Positions 12,942-25,590 of a DNA stretch of 64,000 nt are shown piece by piece; the first letter of the stretch is position 1, and every line of letters begins with the position of its first letter. The position numbers were made by a program, and so were the translations under genes. The stretch is from the human T2T-CHM13v2.0 reference genome, Homo sapiens: NCBI RefSeq assembly GCF_009914755.1, contig NC_060927.1; one strand, written 5' to 3'. The notes under the pieces were generated by a model that saw only the letters and a program-made list of their open reading frames with translations, was not told the DNA's origin and searched no databases.

Positions 12942-15035
12942 TATATTAGTAAGGGAAGGCTTGCTGCTGGAAGAAATAACTCCCAGATTTCAGTGGCTTT
13001 GCACAATATTTTATTGTGCTCACATTGAGTCCAATCAGTGTTAGAGGAAGGGTAGGGATGGAGCTTCTGCATTTAGGCACTGAGGCTTCCTCCTCCTTGC
13101 CAGTCCTGGAGTCCTCTATTGATTTCCCAGGCTGCAGCTGGAAAATGAGGGAAAAGAGTGAGTATGGCACATTTGGACTACTTATGGGCTAGGCTTGGAG
13201 GTGGACATAATTCTGCCCATATGTCTAATTGCCGGAACTTGGCTACCTACAAAGGAGAATGAAACAATAGTTTAAATGAATGCACTGGAAGAAAATAGCT
13301 TGTATGACTAGATAATTCATGCCACAGTTTATTCTCCTGGTCACTAAATATGAATTTTACTCTTTCTCCCATGTATAAGATCCATCCTTCTTCTCCTGAA
13401 GGCAGATGACTCTAAGTCTCAGCCAGTTCCTACATCCCACTCAAAGTCCAGCATTTATGGGAAATGTATGTCCTTACCAGGCTTAGATGTGGAGACTCTG
13501 CTGACTTATGAAGTGAAATAATAAGTTATCAGTTTCCCACTCTTCACTCCTCCACTCCACCCTCCTCCCCCAACAATGCTCAAGCAATATGGGAAAGGGC
13601 AGAATAAGAGACACAGAGCTACCACAGGTCTGCTGTATATTTCTGAAATCCTCCTGGCCAGGTATTTTAAAGGGCCCTCTCTGAGTGGAGAAGTTACTTG
13701 ATCAGCCCTAGAATCTGTGTTCAGGAAGAAACTCCCCTCTCTCTCATTCTCTGTGACTCCTGCTCTACCCACTGGGAAGTTTATCCTTCTCTGTTTTCCT
13801 CCATGGCCATATCTGAAGGGGGCACAGGGAGTGCAATCTTCTTGGGAGCTCTACAGCTTTCACAGCCTGCTTCCTGCTCATACAAGTTTGGGGACCCAAG
13901 AATTGTTTTAAGCCATAAACAAACAGAGATGCCTTGTTAGAGCAAAAATATTATTAATTCAGCAATATAACTTCCTGAAAGACTGAATAGGCTTCTGATC
14001 TATTTGCCTTATCTAATCAGTACCATGCAAGAGCAAACATGCTCAAGTTCTTTCCTAGACATAATTCTCAAGCCTGATTTCATTTTCTTTTTCATCTCTA
14101 TGCAACCCTCTCTCAACTTCCTGGCAGCTAACTTGAGGCTCACTGAAACAATAGGTTTGAATGCCAAGGTGATCCCCTTATTCTGCTCTTTGCTGCAACA
14201 CCACTCTGGTGTGTTTAAGCAAGAGTTTTGGTGGGTCTTTGCAGTTTGGGACCTTTTCCAGTCTTATCTCTTAGAATTTGGAGTCCAGAAGCAGCTGGAT
14301 TTCCAAACTTGTAAGACTTTTTATTTTTAGACTTTATTCCTTTTAATCTATTCATGAAAAACACTTATTTCTTGTCTGAGCTCCTGTACTGAAGGCATTT
14401 AATTGTAAGCCACAACACGCTTTCACTCTACTTCTTTCCAACCACTTTTCTTACAGCTTTAGGCTCAGAGGCATGTGCTCCTTTCCTTCAGTTATTGCAG
14501 ACGACACTTACATGAAATACTGGGCCAGAGAATAGCAAGACTCTCTAACTGTAGCTCGCTCTTTTTATTTCATCACTGTCTGCTATCTGACCACTGAAAC
14601 AATAGCACACATCTTGGGCTTTCACTAAGTCAGCATTCCACTTCCTGTCTTGATTCCTGTATTAGAGACAGTTAACTACTGGAACTGATAACCCCAAAAT
14701 ATCTGTGGTTACACACTAGAAGTTTGTTTCTTCTTCATGTAAAGTACAATTGGCAGCAGGGGTATAGTAGGGCTCCTGTGTACACAGGCACTCAGAAACC
14801 CAGTTTCCTCTTTTCTTGTGACTCTATCATTGCCTAGGCCTCTGGTTCAGTGATGGGTTGATTTTCTGTATCAGGTCTCAGACTGCCTAGACATGAATCA
14901 CATCATCCACATTCTATTGGCCAGAAAGCATCAACAGCCACATTTAATTGCAACACAAGATGGAAAACATAGTCTAACTGTTTGCCTGGGAATAAAAAAA
15001 TAAGTTCGCTAAAGAGCAAGGCTGTCTCCACCACA
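12942..15035 (-). mobile_element. Ancient full-length MaLR (MLT1J/K-like): LTR 12942-13326, internal ~1.3 kb, LTR 14658-15035
   Basis: Two homologous degenerate LTRs (t[a/g]tattag...ccaca); cattccacttcctg...ttcc|tgtattag junction resembles the MaLR internal/LTR junction. Confidence 0.65.
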
Positions 15036-15939
15036 CTATCTCTGCCCCAGGCACTGAGATGCCATCAGCTGTGGCATTTGACAGTACATGAAATGGAGTT
15101 TAGCATGGTGCAAGGAGTGCCCCTCTCTTGATGGACAACACAAGCAGTGCCCTTGAGATAACAGATTAATTCCCCTCCCCCTCCAGATTTTATATTAAAT
15201 AAAATCCATAAATATTGGAAGGTCAATAAACGCAAGATATACTGTCATTTTTTCAGCATTCCACAATGGTTTCAGTCTTATTCTGCAGAAATAGATACGA
15301 TTGGTCTGGCTTTATAGAGAGGAGCTGACTCTGAAAATAGCTCCTTCCAAAGTTCCTCCTAGAAAACACCCTCCGCATGTACAAGTTCCTCCTTGTTTTC
15401 TCCATACCAGAATGTTTTACATTAAAGTCATTATTATTTCCTTGCTCTCATAGATGCTTATATAATGATAGATGTAAGATCCTAAATAAAGTAAAATCAG
15501 AAATATTATAGTCCATTATCCCTAGAAGATGATTTCAAGCAGACTACATAAAATTCAAGTTATGTACTTTGACTAAATCTGCATACTGGCATCCAGTTCT
15601 GCAGATAAGGCTTGATTTTAAAAACACTCAAGATGACCTTAATCTTGACCACTGTTCTGTTTTGGGGATCACTATTCAAAAAGACTGTTGGCCTTGTCTG
15701 TCCGAATTTTAAGTTAGTACCTTTGGGTTGATTCTATAACAAAATTGAGGACTTCTTGCTATCGGAGCAAAGGGACACAAGGGTTTTTTGCTTGCTGTTT
15801 CTTGGAGTCAGGCAGAAGGCCCTTCTCCCTCCTTTTATCTGGTTGAATTACTAAATGGCTCTTTTTTCTGCCCTGATCTATTACTTTAGCCTGTGAGTTA
15901 TCTGATAGTTAAATAATTAAAGCTAACTTTACCATTTCC

Positions 15940-15957
15940 GAGAGAGAGGGAGGGGGG

Positions 15958-15987
<30 letters not shown>
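15940..15987 (+). repeat. (GA)n microsatellite with G-run interruption
   Basis: gagagagagggagggggggagagagagag... Confidence 0.95.
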
Positions 15988-15990
<3 letters not shown>

Positions 15991-17266
15991 TCCTTGTGGA
16001 GCTGGGTTGTTTTGAAAAAATAAAACAGACTTTCAAGGTTTGGGGTTCTCTTCATGTGAGAGTACAAAGGAAAGACATAGAAACTGCTAACACACTGGAG
16101 CCAAGCTATAAACTTGGGGAGCTTTGCTGGTGCACAGAGAAAGAAAGAGAGAAATGGCTGCGTTTAGAAGAAACTTCTCCTTCCTCACCCAGTGCATATA
16201 AGGGGCCCACGCTGAGCTGATAGGATGTTAATGTTTAGGCACCAGTGAACCAGGAAAGATGGGGCAGGGGTACACATGGCCCTTATCCCCAGTCGGTTCC
16301 AGGAGAGGAAGAGGTTGGTCTCTGACCCTACAGAATGAGACTGTCAGAGATGCCCTCCTATCTTTTGTCTCTCGGGCATGGAAATGGTGTATAAGCGGCA
16401 GTAGTTTTGGACATTTCTTGTGGGGTCAGGGAACATTCCCTCTTCCTTGCTGTTTTCCACTGCTCTTCTTTGTAAGAGTAGGAAGGACATTAGATGCTAA
16501 GTCAAGAGAGCTGAATTCTTATTCTGACTCTCTGTTTAGTTAGCTCCATGACCTCAGGCAGCTCATTCAACATCTCTATGAATTTTCTCTTCTATAAAAT
16601 GAAGAGAAGGAATCAAGGAATTTATGGGATCCTTGAAACTCTAATATTGTTATAAAGGCTGCTGGTGACCTCCGCTGCCTCCAAGAAATCCTGACTGTCT
16701 GGAACAATAGACTATCCTGTGAGGAACCATTTCTTAGTGAAATACTTTAGTACATATTTAAAGATGATAATTTAAAGGAAGGAGTCCTGGGTTTGTCAGT
16801 GGGCTTTTTGTAGAGGCAAAGGACAGGTGTCTTGAATTGTTTAACCAGGAAGTGAAAAGGTTATGTAATCTACATCAGAGGGCAATTGGAAAATTTCCTG
16901 ATGATATGTAGAATAATATGCCTCTTTTCCAGTATTCCAGAGAACATGGGGAGGGCAGTCAGGAGCAATTCCTGTGATGTGAGGTGGCAAGATTGCTTTC
17001 AGAGCACCAGCTACAGCTATTTGATCCATCACCCTCCCACCTCTTGAAAAGTGTTAAAACTCCAGGCTATCTTTTCTTCCACTAAGTAAGTAATGTTTCA
17101 AAGAGAACTGAGGAATGTCTATTAGCTCTCAAGTATCTGAGGCTGACTCAGAGGTGAAATGTACCCAGAACCCAGAGGCAGACATGAGAATGGTACAGAA
17201 TGAGTTCTGAACAGAAACCTGATGTAGCACCAAGGTATATATTTACAAGCATGGAGCACATTCACA

Positions 17267-17301
17267 GCTGCCTGGATCTTGGCCAAAAGGCCAAGTTACT
17301 G
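17267..17301 (-). pseudogene. 3'-truncated U2 snRNA retro-fragment (stem-loop I region)
   Basis: gatcttggccaaaaggccaag matches the U2 reverse complement GATCTTAGCCAAAAGGCCGAG at 19/21; flanked by tggagcacattcaca / tggagcattttgaca. Confidence 0.6.
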
Positions 17302-17379
17302 TGGAGCATTTTGACATTGAAAAACTATGTTTTCAGTGTCATTTTTAAGCTGTTAAACAGAGACTAAGTTGATAAAGTT

Positions 17380-18330
17380 ACTCAATTGAATATTTGCAGA
17401 TGGCTATGAATGGAGTGAGTCTGGGTTTCAGCCAGGCATTTGGCAAGGTCTTCTGTGTTACCTGCAAAACCAGATGCAGTGCTGTGGGCCAGCAAGGATG
17501 TAGGTAGGTAATTTAGTAACTGGTTGAATGAGACCAAAATGATTAATTAATGCATCTGTGTTAATCTAGTTTCTTTGCCACAGAGTTTTTATCTTTGACA
17601 CTGTCCAGTTTATAATTTTTATTAATGACTTGGATGACAACATCAAATGGCAAACTGAAAATATAAGTCAAATCCAGTGAGATAAAATTTCACAGAGGTA
17701 AATACAAAGTCCTACACTTGGGATCAGGATATTAGCTGCCTAAGAACGTCGTAAAGGAGGCATCATTTAACAGCAGGATGTTAAACACTTTAACATCCTG
17801 TTAGAGTGAGTTGTAAGCTCAGTTCGAATCAGCAGTATGATATGACTGCCAAAAAGGCTAATGAGGTTCAGGATAACACTAACAGAACCTCTACTCTGCT
17901 CTGGACAGAGCACACTTGAGGAGGAGTAGGCTGTTTCCCCAGATTGAATGACAGAAGCTGGCAAACTGGGAATGAATGTGGACATGCAGAAGGAATCGAA
18001 GGGATTTATGTCATATAAGGAAACGATTTAGGGGTGGATAATTCTCTCACTAAATCTGAAGCGTTTATTTTGGAAGAGCAGTTTCAGACTTATTCTGGCT
18101 CCAGAGTACAGGACTAAAGCTAATAAGGAAAAAATACAGTGTAACAGTTTGCAGCCCAGCACATGGGAGAATTGTCTAATAATCTACCTAAAAACTAAAT
18201 ACACTAGCCTAGGAGGTAGTGAATTTCCTAAATCTACATGTCCAAGCAGAAACAAGCAATTACAATGCAAACAAAATTTGATGAATGCTTCATGAGCAAA
18301 TCATAGAAGGAAATTTAAGCATCATATAGA
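17380..18330 (+). mobile_element. L3/CR1 LINE relic (RT region to 3' end)
   Basis: tttattaatgacttggatga (FINDLD), aaatacaaagtcctacacttggg, gactgccaaaaaggctaatg. Confidence 0.75.
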
Positions 18331-19329
18331 TGATAATGTCTAATCTTAGCATACAGTGCTCAGTGGCTAAGGTATAAGAGCTGCAGAGAAGCTTATAGAT
18401 AGTATACTCTTGGACAAAATTGGCCTTGACTTTGTTTCAGCTTGTTGGATAATGCTTGAATGGTATTATATTGGTTAATGAGTAGAGGCTGATGAACCCT
18501 CTAGAAGGTTTTAGGAGAGTTTTAAGAAACTATTGCTAGAACATAGGAAGAGCTCTGGAATGGGAATTAGGAAGCAGGAGTGTGATTTTTGGTGTCAGAA
18601 TTAATCTTCGGGAGTTACCAGGCAGGTTGCTATGACTCAAGTGTCCTTAACTATAGAACAAGATTCAACTTTTATTTATTCTTAGAGACTTTGAATTGCA
18701 TGTTGGACTTCTAATAGCCCCAGGGCAGAGATATAGTAACTTATAAAAACACTCTGTGGGCCTGTGGTGTGTATTACTAAAGAGGAGTTCCTTCTGAGCT
18801 CAGATTTCTTTGTTGAACAGATCTCTGTATGAATACAAATAATCATTAGGGAGACAGCTGGCTGTTGCTGTGTATCACCGATAAAACACTCTTTTCACAT
18901 TCCTGTCTTTTCTTCCTGGGAATTTTGCCAGAAGGGCTGAGAGCAAGTGTTTGGGTAAGCAAGTGGGGTTTTCTCTCTGCTTCTGTAAGGTCCCGTGGGA
19001 TGTATTGATTCTCCTACATCTGTAGCATCAGGGACGAACACGCATCTAACAGACCAGGATAAATAGACTATGCAGGGCCAGTTCTCCTGAGCTGATTTTG
19101 TTGACAGGGAGGCCAATGATATTAAAGTGGCAAGGCCATTTGCACTGTCAAGAGTTGAAGGTTTCTGGGACTTCTGCCTATTGCAGTTGTTGGGAGGAGC
19201 AGATACTAGAGAGGAAGATCTGGGACACCAGTTTGTCCTTTTCTGTTCTTATGCTGTACCTACCCAGGACACTTAGCTATTTTCATAATTTCAGCTATCA
19301 CATATAAGCAAATGACCTTCATCTCTATA

Positions 19330-19880
19330 TCCTTGCCCTTTGTTTTAGATCTGTATGACCAAATTTCTGTTTGACATCTTTATCTGAATATCACACGGGA
19401 ACTTCAAACTCAACATATTCAAAGATGAACTTATGATTCCTCTAAAATTACTCCTGCTTTTGCATTTTATTTACAAGTGAATGGCTGCACAGTCCACCCA
19501 GTCATTCCAGAAAGAATCTTTTATTCATTCACTCACTGATCTGAAATATATTTATTTGACTGCATACTCTGTATCAGGCAATGTTTGCTTCTTGTCTGTA
19601 TAGTTAAAAGACAAAATCCCCATCCTCTAGACAGTGCATTTTAGTGGGAAGATATTGACTTTGAGTGTGGCAAGAATAACAATAAAAATCAAATAAAATG
19701 GGCACACTAATAAAAGAATTTCAAGCAATAATAAGATCTAAAAAGAACAAGGAATAGAATAGAAGGTGGGAGTTTCAGGAGGACAGTCAGAAGCTACTCT
19801 ACCAGGGTGGTCAGGGAAAGAAGTTAAGGAGCTGACATTTAAGTAAATAATTAAAATCTGCTGCTGTAGGAAGATTTGAA
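19330..19880. mobile_element. Two L2 fragments in opposite orientation
   Basis: tcaaactcaacatattcaaa (+) then ttcattcactcac...tatttatt 3' end (-). Confidence 0.6.
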
Positions 19881-19904
19881 GAAACAATAAATGCAAAGTT
19901 TCTA

Positions 19905-20110
19905 CATCTATGTGTGCAAATTATGTATGTGTGTATGTATGTATACATATTACACATATAATTCTATATATTACAGATACACATGTCTGTATATATATAG
20001 ATATATACATAAATATGTATTATATACATTATATATATTTTTACACATATATACATATATGTGTGTGTACATATGTGTGTGTATGTTTCTATATATGTAT
20101 ATATGTAAAT
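19905..20110. repeat. (TA)/(TG)/(CA) low-complexity tract
   Basis: atgtatgtgtgtatgtatgtatacatat...atatatgtatatatgt. Confidence 0.9.
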
Positions 20111-20486
20111 TTCTTGTCCAAAACTAGAGTTCAAAAGTACAATATAAAGGATTAAATAATATAAAAACCTTATACAGGGTTAAGTAAATGAATACCCATA
20201 TAAATGGGAAAAGATGAAGGTAAACCAACAGTGATTTATATTCAAAAATAAGAATAGCAAAAATTTCAAACCATGCCCAACTCAAGACCACGTTAGTGAC
20301 ATGTTCACTAATGCAAGAGTCCTTTCTGAAAAGTGTTGGAAGTTTGACCACTGGCACATGCACCTGAAGAGAAAGAGTTTGTAGTTTTATCAAGCACTTT
20401 GCAGCTACCAGTTTTCTCAACTAATCACTGAATTGAGAAACGTTGATAAAGTCAAGGGACCTGCTAATTTTAAGTTTAAGATGTTT

Positions 20487-23205
20487 ATAGATGCAAAAAT
20501 TCTCAACAAAATCTAGCAAACCAAATCCAGCAGCACATCAAAAAGCTAATCTACCGTGATCAAGTAGGCTTTATCCTTGGGATGCAAGGTTGGTTCAACA
20601 TATGCAAATCAATAAATGTGATTCATCACATAAAAAGAGCTAAAAACAACCATATGATCATGTCAATAGATGCAGGAAAGGCTTTTGATAAAATTCAGCA
20701 TGTCTTTATATTAAAAACTCTCAACACACTCATTGAAGGAACATACTTCAAAATAATAAGAGCCATCTGTGAAAAACCCACAGCCCACATCATACTAAAT
20801 GGGCAAAAGCTGGAAGCATAACCTTTGAAAACCAGAACAAGACAAGGATACCCTCTCTCACCTCTCTCAACACTCCTATTCAACATAGTACTGGAATTCC
20901 TGGCCAGAGCAATCAGGCAACATGGAGAAATAAAGGGCATCCAAATAGGAAGAGAGGAAGTCAAACTATCCATGTGTGCAGATGACATGATTCTATACCA
21001 GAAAGCCCCATAGTCTCTGCCCCAAAGCTCCTTGATCTGATAAACTTAACAAAGTGTCAGGAAAAAAATCAATGTACAAAAATCAGTAGCACTCCTATAC
21101 ATCAACAACATCCAAGCTGAATGCAAATCAAGAATGCAATCCCATTCACAATAGCCCAAAAGGAGTAAAGTACCTACGAATACAGCTAATCAGGAAGGTG
21201 AAAGATCTCTAAAACAAGAGTTGCAAAACACTGTTCAAATAAATCAGAGATGACACAAATGGAAAAAGATTCCATGCTCACAGATAGGAAGAATCAATAT
21301 TGTTAAAATGGCCATGCTGCCCTAGGCAATTTATAGCTTCAATGCTATTCCCATCAAACTACCAATGATATTCTTCACAGAATTAGAAAACACTATTTTA
21401 AGATTCATATGGAACCGAAAAAGAGCCCCAATAGCCAAAGCAATCTTAAGTAAAAAGAACAAAGCTGGAGACATCACATTATCCTACTTCAAACTATACT
21501 ATGAGGCTGCAGTCACCAAAAGAGCATGATACTGGTACAAAAACAGACACATAAACCAATGTAACAGAAGAGAGAGCCCAGAAATAATTCTGCACACTGA
21601 TGAGAATCTGATTTTTGACACAGTAGACAAAAACAAGCAATGGGGAAATGATTTCCTATTCAATAAATAGTGCTGGGGCCAGGCGCGGTGGCTCACGCCT
21701 GTAATCCCAGCACTTTGGGAGGCCGAGGCGGGCGGATCATGAGGTCAGGAGATCGAGACCATCCTAGCTAACATGGTGAAACCCCATCTCTACTAAAAAT
21801 AGAAAAAAATAGCCGGGCATGGTGGTGGGTGCCTGTAGTCCCAGCTACTCAGGAGGCTGAGGCAGTAGAATGGCATGAACCTGGGAGGCGGAGCTTGCAG
21901 TGAGCCGAGATCGGGCCAGTGCACTCCAGCCTGGGTGACAGAACGAGACTCCATCTCAAAATAAATAAATAAATAAATAAATAGTGCTGGGATAACTGGC
22001 TAGCCATATGCAAAAGATTGAAACTGGACCCCTTCCTTACACCAAATACAAAAATCAACACAAGATGGATTAAAGACTTAAATATAAAACCTAAAACTAT
22101 AAAGGCCCTGGAAGATAATCTAGAAAACACCATTCTGGACATAGGACCTGGCAAAAATTTCATGACAAAGATGCCAAAAGCAATTACAATGAAAACAATA
22201 ATTGATGAATGGGACCTAACTAAACCAAAGAGCTTCTGTACAGCAAAAGAAATTACCAACAGAGTAAATATACAACCTACAGTATAGGAGAAAATGTTTG
22301 CGAACTATGCGTCTGACAAAGGCAAAATATCAAGAATCTATAAGGAGCTTTAACAAATTAACAAGCAAAAAAAAAAAAACAAAAAAACAAAAAACAAAAC
22401 CAAAAAGTGGGCAAGGGACATTAATAGACATTTTTCAAAAGAAGACACACAAATGGCCAACAAGCATATGAAAAAATGCTCAACATCACTAATCATTAGA
22501 GAATTGCAAACCAAAACCACAATGAGATACCATCTCACACCTGTCAGAATGGCTGTTATTAAAAGTCAAAAAGTAACAGACACTTATACACTGTTGGTTG
22601 GAATGTAAATTAGTTCAGCCAATATGAAAAGCAGTTTGGTGATTTCTCAAAGAACTTAAAACAAAATACCATTCAACCCCGAAATCCCATTACTGGCTAT
22701 GTACCCAAGGAAATATAAATTGTTCTACCATAAAGACATGTGCACATGTATGTTCATTGCAGCACTATTCACAATAGTAAAGACATGGAATCAAACTAAA
22801 TGCCTATTAACAGTAGGCCGAATAAAGAAAATGTGGTATATACTGCATGGAATACTAAGCAGTCATAAAGAAGAATGAGGTTATGTCCTTTGCAGCAACA
22901 TAGACGGAGCTGGAGGTCATAATCCTAAGTGAACTAACACAGGAACAGAAGAGCAAATACCGTACGTTCTCACTTATAAGTTGGAGCTAAACATTGAGTA
23001 CCTATGGATAAAAAGAAGGGAACACCAGATACCTACTTAAGGGCGAAGGGTTGGGGGAAGGTGAGGATTGAAAAAACTACATATCAAGTACTATGCTTAT
23101 TATCTGGGTGATGAAATAATATGTACACCAAGCCCTTATGACATGCAATTTACCTATATAACAAACGTGCACGTGTACCCTGAACCTAAAACAAAAGTTT
23201 TTTTA
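20487..23205 (+). mobile_element. 5'-truncated L1PA15/16-like LINE-1 (ORF2 RT/C-terminal part and 3'UTR), interrupted by AluY
   Basis: [34 protein letters not shown] motifs broken by frameshifts; typical 3'UTR; TSD aagtttaagatgttt (20472-20486) / aagtttagcatgttt (23206-23220). Confidence 0.95.
21677..21975 (+). mobile_element. AluY inserted in L1
   Basis: Full Alu with many CpGs retained; perfect 15-bp TSD aataaatagtgctgg; (TAAA)n tail. Confidence 0.97.
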
Positions 23206-23667
23206 AAGTTTAGCATGTTTAAAAATTTAATTATTATTAACACTATTGAGTTTCAAGTAAATCTTGGTATTATGCAAAAATGAATGTCTATAAGTTAGGA
23301 CTTATATATGTTTTTCACTCGAGCAACATTTATCTCAAGTTTAATATACAAGGCACTGGACTAAGCCCTGTAAAGTATATGAACACAAATCAGATACAGA
23401 GCTTTCCCTGAAGAAGCTCACAATTCAAATGAAAGAGAGAAAAATGTACATAAGTGACTGTAAATCAAGACAGAAAGAAATTACTCTCTTAGTAAAGATT
23501 TTAAGGGGGGTCAGAAGATGATGAAATAAATTCCATTTGGAGGAAATAAGAAACAACTTCAGAAAAGACATGACCTTTGAAGCATTGGTTGAATTTGAAC
23601 ATGAAGAACTAGAAGGAGAGCCTTCCAGTAGCATGAAGCTGCGAGAAATGGTGAGATAGCACAGGGA

Positions 23668-24050
23668 TGTGGTAGCCATTGGCCTTTCATGTATATTTTG
23701 ACTCTCCCTTCCTGCCAGGCATGTGGTAGGATTGTACATCCCTTCTCACTTGAAATTTGTTATGACAACATGGGTCATTTTGATAAATGAAATATGAACA
23801 GAAGGGATGTACATTATTTGTGGGCAGAATGAGCACACACTTCACCAAATTGCCTGAACTGTCACAGTGCTTATGGAAACATGAGTCAATATGGAGCTTC
23901 CAACAACCTGGGTCGCTAAGCATTGAAATGAGCAGGATGCTGCCACCCCTAACAAACTTAAAAAATATATATTCCTTTTGTGTGTGTGTGTGAAGCAACT
24001 GAGATATTGGACTATTTGGTAACACAGCATACACTAGTTCATTCTAATAC
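23668..24050 (+). mobile_element. MLT1-family (J/I-like) solo LTR within an L2 relic
   Basis: tgtggtag...ggcatgtggtaggattgtacatcc...aagcaactgagatattgg...taataca. Confidence 0.6.
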
Positions 24051-24169
24051 AAGAATTGTGTACAGTTCAGCCCGGCAGAAGCTTCAAATATAGGAAAGGC
24101 AGTGGTGGGAGAGGAGTGACAGATACATAATTATACAATTACAGCAAAATGTGAGAAGTATTCTCATCA

Positions 24170-25320
24170 AGGTTAACATTCTCAATATATAAAGATGTAT
24201 ATAGATCAATAAGAGAAAGCCTTAGATAACAGCAGGCAAATGGAAATAGGCACAGAGGTTGACAAAATATAACTAATAAGCATATAAAAATGTTAAACAT
24301 TATTGGTAATTAATGAAATTCAAATGTAAAGAATGAAATGGTACTATCTGCCTTTAAATTTGGCAAAAATATTAAAAATAATAGGATCCTCCCTTGTGTT
24401 TTCTGATGGGAATGCAAACTATAGAAATTTCCAGGGAACAACTTGGCAACATGCATGAATGACCTTAAATTTAACCAAGTAATACCTCTTCAAGAAACAT
24501 TACTTTCTTTTTCACTAATTAAGTCTCTTTAATTTAAAGTTTCCGAAACCAACCAGACATGGTGTGTCCAAATAAGGGTATTTATTGAAAAGATACTGGT
24601 GAATCTGGGGATATACAAGGAATGGGTAAAATTCCAGGCTTTGGGAAGGTCAGGAACCAGGGCAGCTTTGGCGATCTTATCAGCAGGATCATTCTTCCTC
24701 TGGAATGTTGCCAGTATGTGACTTGGCTAGAAATAACACTCAGTGTCTATGTCTCTCGGGTTAAAATGCCAAATTCCAAAACTAAATAGACTAGTTTGGG
24801 TCTGGCATACAACACTGCACACATTAGGTATGGTTAGAAAGGCAGGATTCCACAGCTTGAATATAAATATAGAAAACACCTGCGGGAGGAGCAGGTGGTT
24901 CCCAGAGAAGAGATGTTTAACAGGCCACTTGATATGTATCTTAAGGAAATGATCAGAAGTGGGAACAAAGGTTTCTGTGTAAGAGGTTCATCCTAGTGAT
25001 ATTTAAAACAGCAGAAAAAAAGAAACCCAAAAGTCCAGGGGGATGTTGTTTACTTAAATTATTATGAACTATTATTTTCAGTTAAAATTTGTATTCATGA
25101 AGAATTCAGTGTTGTGGGAAAAGTGCAAATAATATTATATCCAGTAAAACATTTTTTATAAAAGTTTTTAAAATGCCACAAAACATAAAAATATTAACCA
25201 AGGTCTAGTGTGACTGGTAGAGAAGGTTATGAAGAATGAGTACTTTTAAAATTTTTCTTGATTTAAGCAAATTACCTATGATGGTCATGCATGACTTTTA
25301 TAATCAGAAATTTATGCTAT
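24170..25320 (+). mobile_element. Old L1M 3' relic, apparently split by an ancient LTR-like piece (~24510-24925)
   Basis: aataagcatataaaaatgtt...gggaatgcaaact...; resumes at atcttaaggaaatgatcag. Confidence 0.5.
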
Positions 25321-25344
25321 TTTAAAGAAGATGTGCTTGATAGA

Positions 25345-25590
25345 GGCAGTATTTAGCAGTAGTTGAAATTCCAGAGTTAATCATTCTGTGTTTATATTTT
25401 GGTTCTGCCATTTATTAGCTGAGCAATCTTGATCACATGGATTGACCTCGTTCAGGCTGAGTTTTTGTATCTGAACGTGGAGAAATAATAATTCTTACAG
25501 CCTTGGGCTTTGTGAGCATTAAGTGTATGTAAAACACTTAGCCCGCTGATGTTTCTCACATCTGATGAAAGGTAGCTATTGTTATAATAA
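25345..25590 (+). mobile_element. MIR
   Basis: ggcagtatttagcagtagttgaa...tctgccatttattagctg...tgtaaaacacttag. Confidence 0.65.

Noticed and set aside
19891-20155. Tyr/Ile/Cys-rich ORFs
   Set aside because: Artefact of TA/TG low-complexity sequence
20582-22287. Reverse transcriptase peptides as an active or novel RT system
   Set aside because: Frameshifted, 5'-truncated, Alu-interrupted ordinary L1 ORF2
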